64,000 nucleotides of DNA from positions 4,412,867-4,476,866 of the forward strand of contig OZ242260.1 of NCBI GenBank assembly GCA_965207065.1. Reading direction: 5' to 3'. Shown here piece by piece: positions 61,117-64,000 of this stretch. Made by a program: the position numbers and the translations under genes. The notes below the pieces were generated by a model that was not told where the DNA came from, searched no databases, and saw only the letters and a list, made by a program, of their open reading frames with translations. Every line of letters starts with the position of its first letter. Within the stretch, counting starts at the first letter, position 1. This DNA comes from a bacterium (GTDB lineage Bacteria; UBA8248).

Positions 61117-62051
61117 TCGCTTTGTTCCTCAACTCGTCTGCTTCACAGGCTTCGCTCGCTAACGTTGTCATGCTGCTGGAGAATCTCCGTGAGGTTCGAA
61201 TCGGCGGCGGCGTTGTCGCGAAAGACGATGGTGCGCTCACCCGCGGATTCGAGCGCATCAAGGAAGGCAGCCAAGCCGGACGCCGGCGGTTTTGCATAAT
61301 CTCGAAAATCGCCTCATCAAGGCAGGCGACAGTATCCGCCGTATGGGTTTCCGGATCGCTGAAACGATCATTTCCCGTGTGCGCTTTATTCTCATAGTCT
61401 GGTCCGTGCCGGACACCGGAAGGAGTACAGGTGCTCCCATTCCAGATCCATTCCGTCTCGAAAGGACATCTGTTTCTCCTCATCCTTCGATCAACAATCG
61501 TAAAATAGCGAGGACATTGGTTCAATGATGAAAGCATATTCTGGTTATTACGCGATAAAAACGCAAGTCTTTATCGCTCCATCACACAGGCCGGCGCCGC
61601 GCCCGGTAACGCCGGCCAGGCATACTCTCACGCCGTGAGACGTAACGGTGGCGCCTGGATGGCGACGGTTGCGCAACGATTACTGCAATCCGGGCAAAGA
61701 ATACCGCAAATCGCCGCTTCCAGCACGGAAGCCCTCTATGCCGCCATCGAGAGGGGCTCCACGAGCGCGCCTGGCTTCCCGACGGGAACAGCGTCAACGA
61801 GCATGACCCGGATGCACCAAGACCTATAGAGCACTCGGAAATTCGTCGCTTAACTGGAGTGACTTGCAGTCGCCTTGCTTGCCCGCGATTCGGCAGTCAG
61901 AGCCAATGTCACCCGAAACACCGGAAGCTGAATACTTATTCGAGTTAAGAACAGGAATTGTTATGGTGGACAAGACAATGATGAATACAACACCGGATGA
62001 GAGCGCGTCTGGCATTTGGATGGATGTGCTCGCGTTGAAATCTTCATTGAA

Positions 62052-62382
62052 TCAATCCTCTCGCGGCGCCTGCATCCAGCCTGCAATGTACTGCGCTCCA
62101 TGCAGGACACGCCAGACGACGATTTCGATTTCCCCCTCGACGTAGAAGACAAGATACGGATACTTCCCTGCTGCCCGGAAGCGCAGGCCGATGAGGTCGA
62201 GTTCATGCGCATAACGGGGCGAACCCGCTTCCGGTCGCTCGCCGTTATGGCGGATGGCACCTTCGAGCGCGTCGATTAAGATCAATGTAACCGCTTCTCC
62301 CGACTCGGCCAAGAAAATGCTCGACAGCCTCTTCCACATCGCGCCGCGCTCGCTCGAGAAGGACGACCTGTTTTCCGTTCAC
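62052..62382 (-). pseudogene. ParE/RelE toxin with apparent frameshift
   Basis: N-terminus VNGKQVVLLERARRDVEEAVEH and C-terminus GSPRYAHEL...YPYLVFY...VWRVLHG lie in different frames (shift near 62315). Confidence 0.65.
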
Positions 62383-62606
62383 CGCGCAGGCGTTTTGCGG
62401 AGCCGGTTGAAGTAGGCCGCATCGGCGGTGACTGCCGATGGAGTGGAGGCGCCTTCGAGAAGCAGACCGCTCAGATGCTGGCGATTCCGGTCCTTGCGAA
62501 TCAACTCCCGAACATACTCGCTCGAAGTGCTGTAGCCGTGTGCGTTGACTTGATCGTCAACGAAGAATTTCAGCGTCTCTGGTAGTGATATGTTCATCGT
62601 GCTCAC
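62379..62606 (-). CDS. ParD-family RHH antitoxin
   Basis: TMNISLPETLK...GYSTSSEYVRELIRKD. Confidence 0.85.
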   Translation of the reverse strand: MSTMNISLPETLKFFVDDQVNAHGYSTSSEYVRELIRKDRNRQHLSGLLLEGASTPSAVTADAAYFNRLRKTPAR

Positions 62607-62844
62607 GCTCCAATCCTGCCTGTATTGGCAAAATTTCTCAAAATTACACAGACAGGGATGGGCCTCTGGCGTGACTGTAATCGCCGCCGTGGTCCGATAC
62701 TCCTGCGGTTCCTAACGCATATGCTTTCGATGGGATGGATTGGCCCTCCCATCGCCTGCTTCAATACAGACATGTCGTTTTCAAATTTGTGGTCCGCAGA
62801 AAAATAAAAAGGCCGTTATCAAAAGAATTCGCCTCCCAAGAGCG

Positions 62845-63223
62845 TCAAGTCACCGGTTCAGGACCCAGGCGAGGACTTGCATCAACGAGATTAACGCTCT
62901 CCGCACCAACTCGTTCCCGTAAATCTTCCACCGATTGGCCCGGCAATTCGGGAACGACTTCGGTGATGTTCCGAACAATTCGCTCGATCTCATCCTTTTT
63001 TCGAACCCGTTCCATGTCTCGTATTATTGCCTGCGCTGCGAACATCGCAAAACACAACAGGTGGATTTCCGCCTCGGTTCGCGGCCATTCCCGGCGCTCG
63101 ATGGCCCTCATCGCGAGTTCGACCACGAGCCTGTTGGGCGATTTTTCGCACCTTTCGGCTCCTATTACGAAGCGCTTCCACTGCTTCGGCGTGACCCTGA
63201 TGTTCTTTTGTATTGATTGGACC
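62845..63223 (-). CDS. Hypothetical protein, distantly similar to 39726-40112
   Basis: NIRVTPKQWKRFVIGAE...SPNRLVVELAMRAIE vs SVRFTGSEWKLIKRAAE...PAGELVRNGAMAAVE. Confidence 0.5.
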
Positions 63224-63816
63224 ATCGGTTTTTGGCCTATCCTTTTGAAGTTTATCACGCTGATTGGTCTCCAATCGGGCTGAATAATTTCTTTTCCTTG
63301 CATCGGGCGCACTACGTTTGGAGCGCATACATCCCCAAAATGCCTCCTGGACATCTTCCTGTCGATTCCTCGCGCCGGCATGAACCCCGCATGTCGGATT
63401 GCGTTTTCTGCCCCTCGCGAAAATCTCATCCTGAATCCGGAATGAACGGGCGGTCGCAATTACCACGCCCGAATGACGACACGACCCCGGGCGTCCGTCC
63501 GACCACGCCGTGACGGCGGCGCCAGGCCGGCCCGTTGTTTTCGGGACCATTCAAATCGGGAGAATATCCTGGTGCTTCGGATGCATGAACGGCGCTACAA
63601 GATTGATTTTTTCTCGTAGAGGGAAACAAAATCATCAGCATCCGGTCGGCGGTGAGGCCCGCTTCGTCGCGCCCGCCTACCCGGCCCGCCGCCGGTCGAC
63701 ACCGGCGCGACAGGACGCGCAGAACTTGTAATGAATCCGCTATCTTTTTGATTACGGGCTTTAAAATGCAGATTTCACGCCATAATATAACAATTATAAC
63801 GAGATAAATATCAACT

Positions 63817-64000
63817 AGATATAAGAATTCAACGCTATCCTAAAAGAATCCTCCATCTAAAAAGCCGGAAATTCGCAGAAAATCTCTTTTTCTATGTACT
63901 CAGGAGGACTCACTAAATGATGCGGAACTCAGGGTAGCGGACGCCATGGCCGCGAATGCCACGGCCCAGGCGGCCGACAACACGGCGCATGCGGAAGACG
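63817..64000 (+). pseudogene. Third lipoprotein-type 5' UTR and start, fused out of frame to an Ala-rich stalk remnant
   Basis: 63861-63922 is identical to the reverse complement of 48329-48390; the ATG frame stops after 6 codons; another frame reads DAELRVADAMAANATAQAADNTAHAED. Confidence 0.7.

Noticed and set aside
61120-62045. Protein-coding genes between hicA and parE
   Set aside because: Only short interrupted frames without identifiable motifs; probably debris.

Overview
High-GC bacterial window in two parts. Bases 1 to ~18.7 kb look like core chromosome: oxidoreductases, a TPP enzyme, a methyltransferase, an M28 peptidase, and a cobalamin-uptake operon (btuB-btuF-btuC-btuD-tonB plus an unknown gene) behind two tandem cobalamin riboswitches. 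Intergenic REP palindromes and a MITE family with 5-bp target duplications are dense here. From ~19.5 kb to the end is accessory DNA. It starts with a mobilisable integrative element (~19.5-43.9 kb) carrying two tandem tyrosine integrases, a diverged internal duplication holding glycine-betaine ABC and porin cargo, HU, SSB, DUF4326/DUF2493-type genes, an IS110/IS1111 element and a MobF relaxase. Next come two TbpB-like surface lipoprotein genes and a graveyard of TA modules, IS fragments, ankyrin/TPR/pentapeptide genes and decayed lipoprotein copies. The most unusual signal is a non-coding module: twin TTGACA-N18 promoters followed by ~120-nt multibranch stem-loops with compensatory changes. 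It forms an orphan tandem array upstream of the integrases (18.74-19.45 kb), recurs as the inverted leader of the lipoprotein pair (48.33-48.95 kb), and recurs partially at the window end. This suggests an undescribed structured RNA or regulatory leader tied to a variable surface-lipoprotein family. All calls come from reading the sequence; no database searches were run.
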